Positions 33,779-44,127 of a stretch of DNA of 64,000 nucleotides are shown piece after piece; the stretch's first letter is position 1, and the number at the start of each line of letters is the position of its first letter. A program made the translations under genes and the position numbers. Source of the stretch: Endomicrobiales bacterium (GTDB taxonomy: Bacteria > Elusimicrobiota > Endomicrobiia > Endomicrobiales > CAWCFT01). A model generated the notes under the pieces. That model had not been told where the DNA came from and ran no database searches. It saw nothing but the letters and a program-made list of their open reading frames with translations. The stretch spans positions 32,001-96,000 of the forward strand of contig CAWCFT010000015.1 of the NCBI GenBank assembly GCA_963794945.1. The letters are read 5' to 3'.

Positions 33779-34378
33779 TTACCACCGGTCCCAGTGTATT
33801 TTTTCCTTCTTATATTTATCCTTCGGCTTATCTTCACCTGTGGGATACCCTACGGGTATGACGGTCAAAGGTATTATGTCTTCCGGAATCTTGAGCACTT
33901 TACGGACATGTTCGATCCGGTCTTTATCCGGGTACGCGGCTGTCCAAACGCCGCCAAGGCCCAGCGCTTCTATCGCAAGGAGTATATTCTCGCCCGCAAG
34001 TGACGCGTCTATTACAGCAAAATCTGTGCTTCTGTCGAACGCGGACTTTGGCTCGGTACAAACTATTATCGCCGCACCAGCCTTCGAAAGCATCTTGGCG
34101 TAGGGAAGCCCCTTGGCCAGGTCATCCAGGGTTTTTCTATCCGTTATCACGACGAATGACCACGGCTGCATGTTGACCGCTGTTGGCGCCGCCATGCCGG
34201 CCCTGACTATCTTGTCGAGGTCCGCCTTAGAAACGGCTTCTCCCGTGAAATTCCTGACGCTTTTTCTTGAGTGTATAACTTCGAACGTATCTTTCATATT
34301 AGGCGTCTCCTTCGCGTTCACTAATACTGCCCACTGAAACGCGAAACACATGAGAACCGTGAATACAAATATTTTCAT
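33779..34378 (-). CDS. Nitroreductase family protein with signal peptide
   Basis: RKSVRNF, APTAVNMQPW, LGLGGVW; hydrophobic N-terminus. Confidence 0.88.
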   Translation of the reverse strand: MKIFVFTVLMCFAFQWAVLVNAKETPNMKDTFEVIHSRKSVRNFTGEAVSKADLDKIVRAGMAAPTAVNMQPWSFVVITDRKTLDDLAKGLPYAKMLSKAGAAIIVCTEPKSAFDRSTDFAVIDASLAGENILLAIEALGLGGVWTAAYPDKDRIEHVRKVLKIPEDIIPLTVIPVGYPTGEDKPKDKYKKEKIHWDRW

Positions 34379-34410
34379 ATAATCACCTTACCATTCAAAC
34401 GCGGAGCAGC

Positions 34411-34878
34411 CTAACGAACCGTCACTAAATCACCTGCCGTTTCGGTTCTGTACAGGTGCGCTGGTACTTGTTGGCCTATATTATAGTAATTTCTGACCTT
34501 CGCTACAATCTGGTGGCCGGTAAGTTTTGCAGCCGGCTCGGTCCTTATGAGCCTGTCGTATATGCCGTTTCTCTCTATGCGTTTCTTAAGCTCGTACTTA
34601 GCGCTGCCTGGGCCGAAGATATAAACCTCTTCCGCGTTCCTCAGGGCGGCTATGACCCTGTCGTAATATGCGTCTGTGTACGCCGCGCTGTTCCTCTTGC
34701 GTATATCGTACGCCGGCCTGTCTCGCCTTCCGTACTGTTTCTCCGAGATAGCAAACTCGTGTTGTTCCAAATTAGACGCAACCCTTATGAACTCTTCTTT
34801 CACCTCGTCCATGTTCTCAGTTATAAGCTCAATTATCGCGTTCCTGTGATCGATCCATAAACCTGCTTTTGGCCTCAT
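34411..34878 (-). CDS. Hypothetical protein, eRF1-domain/baeRF-like
   Basis: GLWIDH..A, YY..V...L..A..VYIFGPG.AK.EL pattern. Confidence 0.6.
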   Translation of the reverse strand: MRPKAGLWIDHRNAIIELITENMDEVKEEFIRVASNLEQHEFAISEKQYGRRDRPAYDIRKRNSAAYTDAYYDRVIAALRNAEEVYIFGPGSAKYELKKRIERNGIYDRLIRTEPAAKLTGHQIVAKVRNYYNIGQQVPAHLYRTETAGDLVTVR

Positions 34879-34921
34879 ATGTACTCTCCTTTTGCGGCCT
34901 TTCGGCCGCGCTTTTCATAAT

Positions 34922-34957
34922 AAAAACCGCAGCATCATTTATGATATGCCGCGGTTC
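34922..34957 (-). terminator. Putative terminator
   Basis: AACCGC(G)GCAT...ATGC(T)GCGGTTTTT on the minus strand. Confidence 0.55.
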
Positions 34958-34990
34958 TTCAATCTATTAACTTAAGAGTTCGTTTTTGAT

Positions 34991-35326
34991 TCAACATACT
35001 TGAAACCCCAATACCCTGACATCGCCGGCGCTATTACAATACAGCGGCCCATTTAGCGTGATGTTTGGCGCCTCTTTCGCTATCTCAATGGCTTCTTCTT
35101 TGGTCGACACGTTGACTATAATGTAACCCGCAAGCCCGTCTTTAGCGCACTTACGTTCGGAGCTACCCAACTTGTTTACTATTTTCCCAGCGCCGCCGTA
35201 CGGCGCTCCTTCTTCCAGAATACCTCTGCTTTTGAGCTCATCCATCCATGACTGCCAGCGCTTGTGATGCGATTCGGTGTTTCCCGCGCACGGCATTCTG
35301 CCGTTGTAAAATATCATGAACTTCAT
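34991..35326 (-). CDS. YciI/YCII-related protein, paralogue 2
   Basis: MKFMIFY..., W..W...L..G, GYIIV...EEAIEIAK.AP. Confidence 0.75.
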   Translation of the reverse strand: MKFMIFYNGRMPCAGNTESHHKRWQSWMDELKSRGILEEGAPYGGAGKIVNKLGSSERKCAKDGLAGYIIVNVSTKEEAIEIAKEAPNITLNGPLYCNSAGDVRVLGFQVC

Positions 35327-35361
35327 AAGGACCTCCCCGCAGCCGCGGAATAGGCGCAAGA

Positions 35362-35694
35362 TCATATTGCCGCCATAGCCGGCTGCATGGCCATGCATTC
35401 TCTTATCACTGTTGAACCTCCCAGCCGTGTGTGCGGCGCTTTTTTAGCGACTTCCACTGCTTCATCGAAAGAAGACGCGGTAATCACCATGTATCCCGTA
35501 AGGTCGTCCTTTTGGGGCGTCCAATCGGATATTATGTTCTGCGTTACTCTTTTCCCGTTTTCGCCGAAAGCGGCGCCGGACTCCAGCACTCCTTTCGAGT
35601 GCAAGTCTTCAGTAAATTCCTGCCAAAGCCTGTCATGCGCTTTTTTGTCCTGCGGCTTCGGCACACCGCCTTTAAAAAATAACATAAACTTCAT
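35362..35694 (-). CDS. YciI/YCII-related protein, paralogue 1
   Basis: MKFMLFF..., GYMVITASSFDEAVEVAKKAP..GGSTVIRE. Confidence 0.8.
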   Translation of the reverse strand: MKFMLFFKGGVPKPQDKKAHDRLWQEFTEDLHSKGVLESGAAFGENGKRVTQNIISDWTPQKDDLTGYMVITASSFDEAVEVAKKAPHTRLGGSTVIRECMAMQPAMAAI

Positions 35695-35850
35695 ATTGGC
35701 CTCCTTCTTTTCAGTGCTGTCAATTGTTTCAGATCTCGCGAATGTTTTAAACATGTTGCCCCCGTATTCTTATTATCATAAATATCTCATTTTGCGGCTC
35801 AAGACGCAATGGCTTAAATCCATGCAAAACTGATATTATTCCCAGCTGAC

Positions 35851-35882
35851 AAAAAAAAAGCCGCTGTTAGCTCAGCGGCTTT
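35851..35882 (-). terminator. Rho-independent terminator
   Basis: AAGCCGCTG-loop-CAGCGGCTTTTTTTTT on the minus strand. Confidence 0.8.
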
Positions 35883-35918
35883 AAACTATATCGATAGTGC
35901 AAACCCGGCGTGCAGTTA

Positions 35919-36480
35919 TTATTTCATTTTTTCAGCCAGTTCAAAGGTCTTTTGAAGAAGCAACCGAAGGCTGTCCATAGAGGTCTTGTTCTTGAGACTG
36001 CCATCCGGCTCGAACGCGTTGTCCGCATCTGCAATCAGCACCTGTGGCTGAGGCAGTGCAATAACGTTCAGGGTAAGAAATATTTGCCTTATCTGGAACT
36101 GTCCCCTCACGGTGCCGAACTGGCCGGTAGAAGCACCGAACAAAGCAGCCGTTTTACCGCCGAACGGGTTCGGTTTGACCCTGGAAACCCAGTCTATGGC
36201 GTTCTTCAGAACTCCCGGCACGGAATAATTATATTCCGGAGAAGCTATCAGGAACACGTCCGCATTCTTGACCATTTCTGCCAACTGTTTTACGGGCTCC
36301 GGAAAACCGGCATCTTGCACATCTTGATCATAATCCGGGATATTCAGCGTCTTTAGATCCGCGGTTGTTACCTTTACTCCCGCCTCGCCGGCTATTTTTA
36401 TCGCGATGTTCAACAGTTTACGGTTGTAGGAGCCTTTTCTGAGGCTGCCCGCATATTGCCAACGCTTTAAGTTCGCTCAT
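35919..36480 (-). CDS. NADPH-dependent FMN reductase (apparent indel near 36450)
   Basis: AICGSLRKGSYN (joined), SPEYNYSVPGVLKNAIDW. Confidence 0.88.
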
Positions 36481-36501
36481 ATAAACCTCCCAAACAAAAT
36501 G

Positions 36502-37975
36502 TCAGGCCCAGCCTTTTGACCTCTCAACAGCTTTCTGCCACCTGCCATAGAGTTCTGCAGATTTTTCTCTGCCCATGACGGGTTCAAACACCCTTTCAAC
36601 GCTCATTATTCTTTTGAATTCTTCCGTATTCCAGAAACCAGATGCTATTCCGCTTATACCAGCAGCGCCGAGCGCCGTGGTTTCAATGATCTTTGGCCGT
36701 TCAACAGGCAAACCAAGCATATCAGAACTGGAACTGCATGAGGAAATTGTTTGCGCACGCGCCGCCGTCAACTTTTAACGCCTTAAAATCTCCGGTGTAT
36801 GCTTCTTTGACCGTATTTATGATGTCTTTCGCCTGGTAGGCCATAGACTCTATAACTGCCCTGACTATATTCTCTCTCGATGTCTTTCTTGTAAGCCCTA
36901 TCAAAAGCCCTCTTGCGTTAGGGTCCCAGTAGGGCGCGCCTAACCCCTGAAACGCCGGGACAAAAATAATATTCTCGTTATCTTCGAGAGAGGCCGCCAT
37001 CTGCTCGGTCTCGGCAGCTGATTTTATTATCCCGAGATTGTCCCTTAGCCACTGCACAGCCGCGCCACCTATAAATATACTTCCTTCGAGGGCGTAGCTT
37101 AGGCCGTCTTTTGTCTTAGACGCGATGGTAGAAACAAGCGACTTGTTCATTAGAAGTTCAGTGCCGGTATTCGTAAGTATGAATATCCCTGTCCCGTAAG
37201 TCGCCTTGATAACACCTTTTTCCCATCCGTTCTGAGCGAACAGCGAAGCCTGCTGGTCACCGAGTATTCCGTAGATCGGTATTTCTGTCCCGGTTATACC
37301 CTTATCTGTATTTCCAAAGAACGCGTCGGAATCCTTTACTTCGGGCAAAATGCTTTCGGGCACATAGAGTATATCAAGAAGTTCTTTATCGAACGAAAGA
37401 GTGCTTATGTTATAAATTAACGTGCGGCTCGCGTTGCTGGGCTCGGTCGCGTGGACTTTGCCGCCGGTCAGGTTCCATAAGACCCAGGTGTCGGGCGTAC
37501 CGAAAAGTATTTCACCTTTCTCCGCCTTCGCCCGAACGCCTTCAACGTTATCGAATATCCATTGTATCTTGGTCCCGGAAAAATACGGGTCGAGGAACAG
37601 GCCGGTCTTCTCCTTGAACAGGCCCGCGTGCTCTTTTAACCCGGTACATATTTTCTCGGTGCGCCTGCACTGCCACACTATCGCGTTGTAAACAGGCTTG
37701 CCTGTCTTCTTATCCCATATGACCGTCGTTTCGCGTTGGTTCGTTATGCCGAGAGATACGACATTCTCGGCACCTACTGCCGATAGCACATCCTTTAGCG
37801 CTTTAAGCGCCGTAGCGTAAAGTTCAACGGGGTCGTGCTCCACCCAGCCCGGTTTAGGGAAGATCTGGGTGAACTCGTAGTAGGACTTCGCTATGGCCTC
37901 GCCTTGTTTGTTGAAAGCGATGGCCCTGTTCCCGGTTGTGCCGAGATCAAGCGCGACTACAACTTTTTCTTTCAT
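36502..37975 (-). CDS. glpK: Glycerol kinase (apparent frameshift near 36725)
   Basis: DLGTTG, GWVEHDP, ITNQRET, DPYFSGTK, GDQQA, GLGAPYW, VDGG; C-terminal ETTALGAA in the second ORF. Confidence 0.93.
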
Positions 37976-38960
37976 TTTCAGTCCCCGTTTCAAGCAGGTT
38001 TTCGATGAGCTTTGAAGGCTTAAGCTGTTTGTCTATTATATTAAGTATCGCTCCGGCGACGGGCATCTTTACTCGGTGTTTTTTAGAAAGCTTTTCCGCG
38101 GCGCGAAGGGCTTTTAGTCCTTCCGGCAGAACGCCTAGTATTTTTTCTGCGTAAGCGAGCGACTTTCCATCCGCCAACATCTCGCCGAAACGCCTGTTGT
38201 GGCTGTGCTCACTAAGCGAAGTTGCTATGAGGTCGCCCAGCCCGGCGAGGTTAAGCACCGTCTCTCTATTGCCGCCCATGGCTTCTATCAGGCTGGTCAT
38301 TTCTTCGCGCGCCATGGTGATGTAGGCGGCTTTGAAGTTTATGCTGTCAAGCCCCTGCCCGTGTATGATGCCCAGGCCAATTGCATACATGTTCTTGAGT
38401 ATTCCGAACCACTCAACGCCAACCTTGTCACTGGAGAACCTGGCGCGGAAGGTGGTTGTTTCTACTGCTGCCGCGGCTTTACATAGGTCAACCGTTCGGT
38501 CTCCTGTCAGCACTACCATGCAGGGGTACCCCCTTGCGAACTCGTTGGCTATCGATGGGCCTGAAAGTACTATAACTTTGTTGTGCTTAAATATATTTGA
38601 GAGCATGCCGGAAGCGGTTAGCAGTGTGCCTTCTTCTATTCCCTTGCTGAGGTTAACTATGAGGGTATTTTTATTGACCCGCGCCGCTTGCGAGGAAAGG
38701 ACCGCCTTTATGTATTTTGAAGGAAGCGCAACAAAGACAATGTCTTTGCCGCGCAATGCTTCTTCGATATCTACCGTGGCTTTAAGGCGGGCGCTAAGCT
38801 TGACGCCTTTGAGGTATCTTGTGTTGCGGTGCAACTTGTTTATCTCGCACACAGTTTCAAGGTCGTATTCCCATCCTGCAACGTCGTGTCCGTTACTTGC
38901 TATGTTGTTGGCAACAGCTGTACCCATGTTACCCAGGCCTATCATTCCAATGTTCATCAT
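37947..38960 (-). CDS. gpsA: NAD(P)H-dependent glycerol-3-phosphate dehydrogenase
   Basis: GLGNMGTA, SKGIE, LSGPS.A.E, LKN..AI, GLGDL.AT, S.N. Confidence 0.9.
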   Translation of the reverse strand: MMNIGMIGLGNMGTAVANNIASNGHDVAGWEYDLETVCEINKLHRNTRYLKGVKLSARLKATVDIEEALRGKDIVFVALPSKYIKAVLSSQAARVNKNTLIVNLSKGIEEGTLLTASGMLSNIFKHNKVIVLSGPSIANEFARGYPCMVVLTGDRTVDLCKAAAAVETTTFRARFSSDKVGVEWFGILKNMYAIGLGIIHGQGLDSINFKAAYITMAREEMTSLIEAMGGNRETVLNLAGLGDLIATSLSEHSHNRRFGEMLADGKSLAYAEKILGVLPEGLKALRAAEKLSKKHRVKMPVAGAILNIIDKQLKPSKLIENLLETGTENERKSCSRA

Positions 38961-39015
38961 AGTACCCTCACTAGTTAATAGCCTGAACAAATAATACAAA
39001 CTTTTTAGACTATGT

Positions 39016-39848
39016 TCAAATCAATTCGCCTTTTATGGAAACTGTGTAGTCCTTGAGAGCTATGTTCTTGCCGGATTTATTCAACGCCTCCTGAACGATG
39101 CTTTCAACACCGAAACAGCACGGCACCTCCATGTGGACTATAGAAATGGATCTCACAGAATTATTTTTTAATATCTCGGAGAGCTTCTCAACGTAAGCCT
39201 CGCGCGCGTCATCAAGTTTCGGGCAAAATATTATAGGCACTTTACCCTTGAGGAATTTCCTGTGGAACTCGCCGTAGGAAAACGCCGCGCAATCCGCCGA
39301 GACCACAATGTCGGCGTTATTAAAATATGGGCCGCGGGGTTGACCAGGTGCAGCTGGATAGGCCATGTCCTGAGCTCCGACCTCGGCCTGACTCCGCTTT
39401 CTTCCTGAGCGCCAGCCGCTTCATCTCTGAAATCCACTGTTTTTGACCCCGGGCATGAACAAGCATGTTCGTGTTTGGCCATTTTTGTTTTCTCCTTTGT
39501 TGGGACCTTTATCTTGTGTTCTTTTAGGTACTCCAGCGCCTGTGAGAGGTATTTCTCCTGGCCGTGGCCTTCGAGATGTTTTAGATGCGCCTCGACAACG
39601 TCCGGCCCGGCTTTTACGATATTTACCATGGTCTTTTTTTCGTCATACGGCACAGCCTCGCGTTTCTCTATAGATATAGCTCCCTGCGGGCAGTGGCCTA
39701 TACAGGCGCCCAGACCGTCACAGAAAAGATCGCTCATGAGCCTGACCTTGCCGTTGATTATCTGCAGCGCCCCTTCGGGGCAGTTGGGTATGCACTGGCC
39801 GCAGCCGTTGCATTTTTCTTCGTCGATCGTTATGACATCCCTTTTCAT
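39016..39848 (-). CDS. 4Fe-4S ferredoxin-domain protein (apparent frameshift near 39335)
   Basis: CNGCGQC...CP, CDGLGAC...CP, WPIQLHLV, ADC, CPKLD, MEVPCC. Confidence 0.85.
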
Positions 39849-39849
39849 C

Positions 39850-40259
39850 TTAATTCTCCTTTCCGGCTATAAGCGAAAGAATGGATATTTCGCCAAATTT
39901 ATTCTCGAGGTCTTTTTCTATCACTTTGACTTTCGCTCTGAGGACACACGACTTGCGGTTGGGGCATATGTCCTTTCGGAACATGCACTGCGATATCTGG
40001 AAGTCTCCATGGAACGTCCTCATAATATCAAGCATCTTTATCTCCCCGGGCTTTTTCCGTAGTATTACCCGCCGCCTTTCCCCTCTTTAGAAGTGAGGTA
40101 TCCTTTCTTCAGGAGCACCTGCAGCAGCCTCTTAAGGAACTTGTCAGGGATATTCTCTTTCTTTGATATCTCGCTTGCCGGCACGACCCTGTCTTTTTCG
40201 CGGGCTAGGTACATGAGCGCCCTGACAGCGTAATCGGTTTTTTTAGAAATGAGGTTCAT
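39850..40259 (-). CDS. Rrf2 family regulator with three Cys (apparent frameshift near 40065)
   Basis: DYAVRAL, wHTH, S..GKGGG; C-terminal QC......C.....C. Confidence 0.85.
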
Positions 40260-40273
40260 ATTTGTTATCCTTT

Positions 40274-40312
40274 TACTGATACTATTATAGTATTAGTATA
40301 AATGTTTGTCAA
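40274..40312 (-). promoter_or_regulatory. Consensus sigma70 promoter overlapped by an 11-3-11 palindromic operator
   Basis: TTGACA (40312-40307), 17 bp, TATAAT (40289-40284); palindrome TACTGATACTA-TTA-TAGTATTAGTA at 40274-40298. Confidence 0.85.
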
Positions 40313-40388
40313 GCGTGCGGGTACTATCTTTTGCGGAATGTCTTGATTTTGTGTTTTTTCAGGTTGCGAAGTTATTTAGCAGTATTGT

Positions 40389-40475
40389 ATAGTGATAAGT
40401 GTTGAGGGGTAAGGGATAAGTAAAAACTTCCTCTGACGTTTACTTACCGCTTATCACTTACCCCTTTATCGCTAT
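40389..40475. repeat. Inverted array of degenerate 7-mers forming a long hairpin
   Basis: AGTGATA/AGGGGTA/AGGGATA units mirrored by TACCGCT/TATCACT/TACCCCT/TATCGCT units. Confidence 0.7.
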
Positions 40476-42497
40476 TTAGACTTTTATCGGAAGAAGAACG
40501 AAAGGTATGCCTTTTGAGTAGAATATCCTCTGCATGAGAAAAACCGTGTAGTTGTGCAGCCATCTCGAAATAAAAGTGTTCTCGGGGAACACCAGCTGGC
40601 CGCCGAAAAATATGACGTTCGGGAACTTTTCGACTATCCTAGGCGCGATCTCTTCTATTTCGCTTACAACATCAGTCCCGATGACCGATATGCCTTCGGA
40701 ACTATACCCCTGGCTGCGGACGTAGTTCACATATTTGTTGACATCGGTGCGGCAATGGTTCTCCAGCTCTTCTACCTGCTCGCAACCCTTGAAATTGCCG
40801 GCGTCTATAATGCCTATCTGGACAAAAATGAAATTCTTAAATACCCCTTCGAACAACCTAACTATCCCGAAGAGCGTGTGTAACCCCAGGCCGTTGAAAC
40901 CGCTTACAAAGATGACGGCAGTTTTTGCCGCCGCATCGAATTCTCCTTGCGGTATCACGGTGTGCACAGTTTCCGGGCCTGTTTCTTTAACCTTTGGTTC
41001 AACTACCCGCACTAAACTGTCGAGCCTGTGAAGAAGCCTGAGTGTCTTGCGGTACTGCTTACGAATATAGACCGCGAATAGCACAAGCGCTGTTGTCACA
41101 AGAAGGGTTATCCATCCGCCCTCGTTGAATTTCATTACTATCATCATGATAAGTATGAAAGACGTCATTACAAGCCCGATACCATTGATAGCTATTTTCT
41201 TTTGCCATCCGGGCGTAGTTTCCTTAACTGCCCACCAGTGCCTGACCATGCCAAGCTGTGAAAGCGAAAACGTTATGAACACGTTAATGCTGTAGAGCAC
41301 TATCATTAAGGCCACGGAACCGTGGGCGAAAAGCATTATCATTATGGCCGATAAGCCCATTATCAATATGCCGTTCTGGCTTACGAAACGGTCCGTGAGC
41401 ATCGCAAAACGCGAAGGGAACCACCTGTCCAGCGACATATTTGCCAGAACCCTTGGACCGTCGAGAAAACCGGTTTGGGCAGCCACATAAAGCAGCGTAG
41501 CTTCAGAGAAAAGAGTTATTAACACGAATGTGTAGCCCCAATTGCCCCAATTCGCGGTGACCTTTTCGAACAACACAGCGTTTAATGTTTTTTCAGGCTG
41601 GAAACTGACATTGTAAATGAGGTAAGCCACCATGAGGCCAACTACTGTAACCGTAAGCGAAATAGCCATGTAACTCATAGTATGTTTGGCTGTTTTTACT
41701 TTAGGTTCCCTAAGCGCATTCATTCCGTTACTGACGGCTTCTATACCGGTATAAGTACCGGCCCCCATGCTGTACGCGCGCATCATCACAAAGAACATAC
41801 CTAATAACCCTATCTCTGAATGGGCATTTCTGACGTCAGCAACTGTAGCGGTGAACAGATGAGGGACATTACCCATGTTGCCCACGACAGCGTATACTAT
41901 CACGAACGCATGTGTAATAACGAATGCCATGAATATAGGCACCAAAGGAAGAACTGATTCTTTTATGCCTCTGAGGTTCAATATTATCAAAACCGCGAGT
42001 ATAGCGACATCAAATTCCAGCCTATAAGAAAATAACCTCGCTGGAAGAAAGCTGAATATAGCCTCTGTCCCGCTTGCTACAGATACTGTTATTGTAAGCA
42101 CATAATCTATTAAAAGCGCGCAGCCGGAAACCATTCCCACGTTCGGACTAAGCAGTTTGCTGGCCACAAGGTATCCGCCTCCACCCGAAGGGAAAAGTTC
42201 GATTATCTGGGAATAGCTCGCGCTGATAACAAGAATAGTGAAAGCGCTTGCGAGGGCGACAAAAATGCTTAGATAAACGTGTTTGCCCAGCGCAAGGAAA
42301 GCTTCCGGTGGGCCATAGCATGACGAGGAAAGTCCGTCCGCTCCAAGGCCCACCCACGCGAAAAATGCGATGAGCGACAGTTTATGGAACATGGCGGTAT
42401 CGTACGGATTGTGCGCTCCTCCGATAAGAAACAGTTTTATCCTTTTTAGCAGTGGTAATTTTTCTTCCATTCTAATCCATTTCGCGAGCTTCGACAC
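40476..42497 (-). CDS. APC-superfamily permease, KimA/YdaO-like
   Basis: GADGLSSSCYG, YSQII..FPSGGGGY, LLIDY.LT, YTGIEAVSNG, cytoplasmic C-terminal domain. Confidence 0.85.
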   Translation of the reverse strand: MSKLAKWIRMEEKLPLLKRIKLFLIGGAHNPYDTAMFHKLSLIAFFAWVGLGADGLSSSCYGPPEAFLALGKHVYLSIFVALASAFTILVISASYSQIIELFPSGGGGYLVASKLLSPNVGMVSGCALLIDYVLTITVSVASGTEAIFSFLPARLFSYRLEFDVAILAVLIILNLRGIKESVLPLVPIFMAFVITHAFVIVYAVVGNMGNVPHLFTATVADVRNAHSEIGLLGMFFVMMRAYSMGAGTYTGIEAVSNGMNALREPKVKTAKHTMSYMAISLTVTVVGLMVAYLIYNVSFQPEKTLNAVLFEKVTANWGNWGYTFVLITLFSEATLLYVAAQTGFLDGPRVLANMSLDRWFPSRFAMLTDRFVSQNGILIMGLSAIMIMLFAHGSVALMIVLYSINVFITFSLSQLGMVRHWWAVKETTPGWQKKIAINGIGLVMTSFILIMMIVMKFNEGGWITLLVTTALVLFAVYIRKQYRKTLRLLHRLDSLVRVVEPKVKETGPETVHTVIPQGEFDAAAKTAVIFVSGFNGLGLHTLFGIVRLFEGVFKNFIFVQIGIIDAGNFKGCEQVEELENHCRTDVNKYVNYVRSQGYSSEGISVIGTDVVSEIEEIAPRIVEKFPNVIFFGGQLVFPENTFISRWLHNYTVFLMQRIFYSKGIPFVLLPIKV

Positions 42498-44073
42498 CAG
42501 CCATGACTGCGCCGATATCCGCGACTGTTTCTCTCTCGGGCTCGGACGCTCTGTTAAAATAAAATATGTTCAGCGTCACGAAAACGTGGTAGAAAACCCA
42601 AAGCATGTTTACAGCGACAGCCATATTAAAACCCGTTGTTAAAAGGATGTGAAATCCGGCGTACAGCGCCGAAATGTTCAGGCCCGCCACTAGATACCAC
42701 GGCCACAGCGAAAACCATGACATCCTTTCGGCCCTTGCTTTGGCGGTTACTTCGAAAACCATCTTTTTTCCCAAAATGCCGTAGATGGCGGATCTCATGA
42801 GTATAGGGAAACCGAGCAGGCCCAGAACCGTTCCGTGATAAAAATCCTTTAGTTTCAAACGGCCGCCTTTCGCGGCAGGGTAATATACCAAAAACGTCAG
42901 CAAGAAGCAAGGCACGAACGCTGCGACGTATATCTCTTTTTGCTCAAAAAATGACGGCACCCCTAACAGAAGGTAAGCTATTGGGCAGAGCATCAAAGCG
43001 AAGAACGCCCATCCAAGGAAATAATATGTTCCGGAAAGGAAATATTCCCACCACTGAAGGGCCGACATCGAACGCGGATCTATTATAAAAAGTTTCATGA
43101 GCCAGGCGAATATCCTGACTGTGCCCGCCGCCCACCTGGTCTGCTGTTTGAAATACACCTTGAGCGTTTCCGGCGAAAGCCCATAAGCTTTCACCCCGCT
43201 GTAAAAAAGTGATGTGTACCCCTTGAGATGAAGTTTGAGCGAGGTCGCGAAATCCTCTGTTATCGACATCTCGTCAAAACCGCCGACGCTCAGCAGCGCC
43301 TCCCGCCTGAAAACGACATTGGTCCCGCAGCAGAACATAGCGTTGCAGGCGCTTTTCCTTTCGCAGACATTTTCGAAGAATATGGACTGCTGGGCTGCCG
43401 CGCCGACAGTTATCGGGTTATCTGCCATGTTCGACGAGTACTGTGGCGCCTGAATAAAAGCGAGGTTCGCGTCCCTCTCCATAAGCGCTACTGTCTTTTT
43501 AAGAAACTCGCGGTCCGGATTAAGATCAGCATCGAACACCGCTATGTATTTTTCATTTATACTTTTTATGAAATCGTTCAAAACCCCGGCTTTGGCGCCA
43601 TGGCGTTCGCCTCGCCTAAAGACTGGAATATTGAATTTTACACCGAGGCTATCCGCCTCGCGCATGTATTCAGGGATGGAAGAATCGTCAAGTAGATATA
43701 TCTTTTTGGCGGGATAATCAAGCATCGCAAGAGAAGATATTGTGCCTTCGAGAATATCCCTCGGTTCATGCCTTGCAGCAACAATAACTGCAACCGGCGG
43801 CTTGTCATTCCTATTCATCTCAATGGAATCAGGCTCCGCTAAAGGTCTTGCCGGCCTGAAAATGTTTAACAGATACCCTAGAGTATGGATGAGTATATAG
43901 GTTTCACCCAGCAGCAGAAAAAAGCCAAATACCTTGTCGGGCAGATTATATCCTAAGAATGAAAAAAAAATGGCCTTCACCACAAAATAATAGCAGAATA
44001 CAATGCCGCCTATTGCGACAAGCGGCTTGCCCTTTGAAGAAATTGTACCGATAAGATTGTTATTTGTCGCCAT
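42472..44073 (-). CDS. Processive GT2 glycosyltransferase (cellulose-synthase-like)
   Basis: DDS, KAG.LN, FDAD, Q.PQ, TED, QQTRW. Confidence 0.9.
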   Translation of the reverse strand: MATNNNLIGTISSKGKPLVAIGGIVFCYYFVVKAIFFSFLGYNLPDKVFGFFLLLGETYILIHTLGYLLNIFRPARPLAEPDSIEMNRNDKPPVAVIVAARHEPRDILEGTISSLAMLDYPAKKIYLLDDSSIPEYMREADSLGVKFNIPVFRRGERHGAKAGVLNDFIKSINEKYIAVFDADLNPDREFLKKTVALMERDANLAFIQAPQYSSNMADNPITVGAAAQQSIFFENVCERKSACNAMFCCGTNVVFRREALLSVGGFDEMSITEDFATSLKLHLKGYTSLFYSGVKAYGLSPETLKVYFKQQTRWAAGTVRIFAWLMKLFIIDPRSMSALQWWEYFLSGTYYFLGWAFFALMLCPIAYLLLGVPSFFEQKEIYVAAFVPCFLLTFLVYYPAAKGGRLKLKDFYHGTVLGLLGFPILMRSAIYGILGKKMVFEVTAKARAERMSWFSLWPWYLVAGLNISALYAGFHILLTTGFNMAVAVNMLWVFYHVFVTLNIFYFNRASEPERETVADIGAVMAGVEAREMD

Positions 44074-44127
44074 GATGTGCCTCTATTCCCCTTGGCACGG
44101 ACAATTTTACTATATTTTTGGTGAAAA

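Noticed and set aside
42472..44073. Bacterial cellulose synthase operon
   Set aside because: No PilZ domain and no bcsB/bcsC/bcsZ neighbours; only a generic processive GT2 call is supported.
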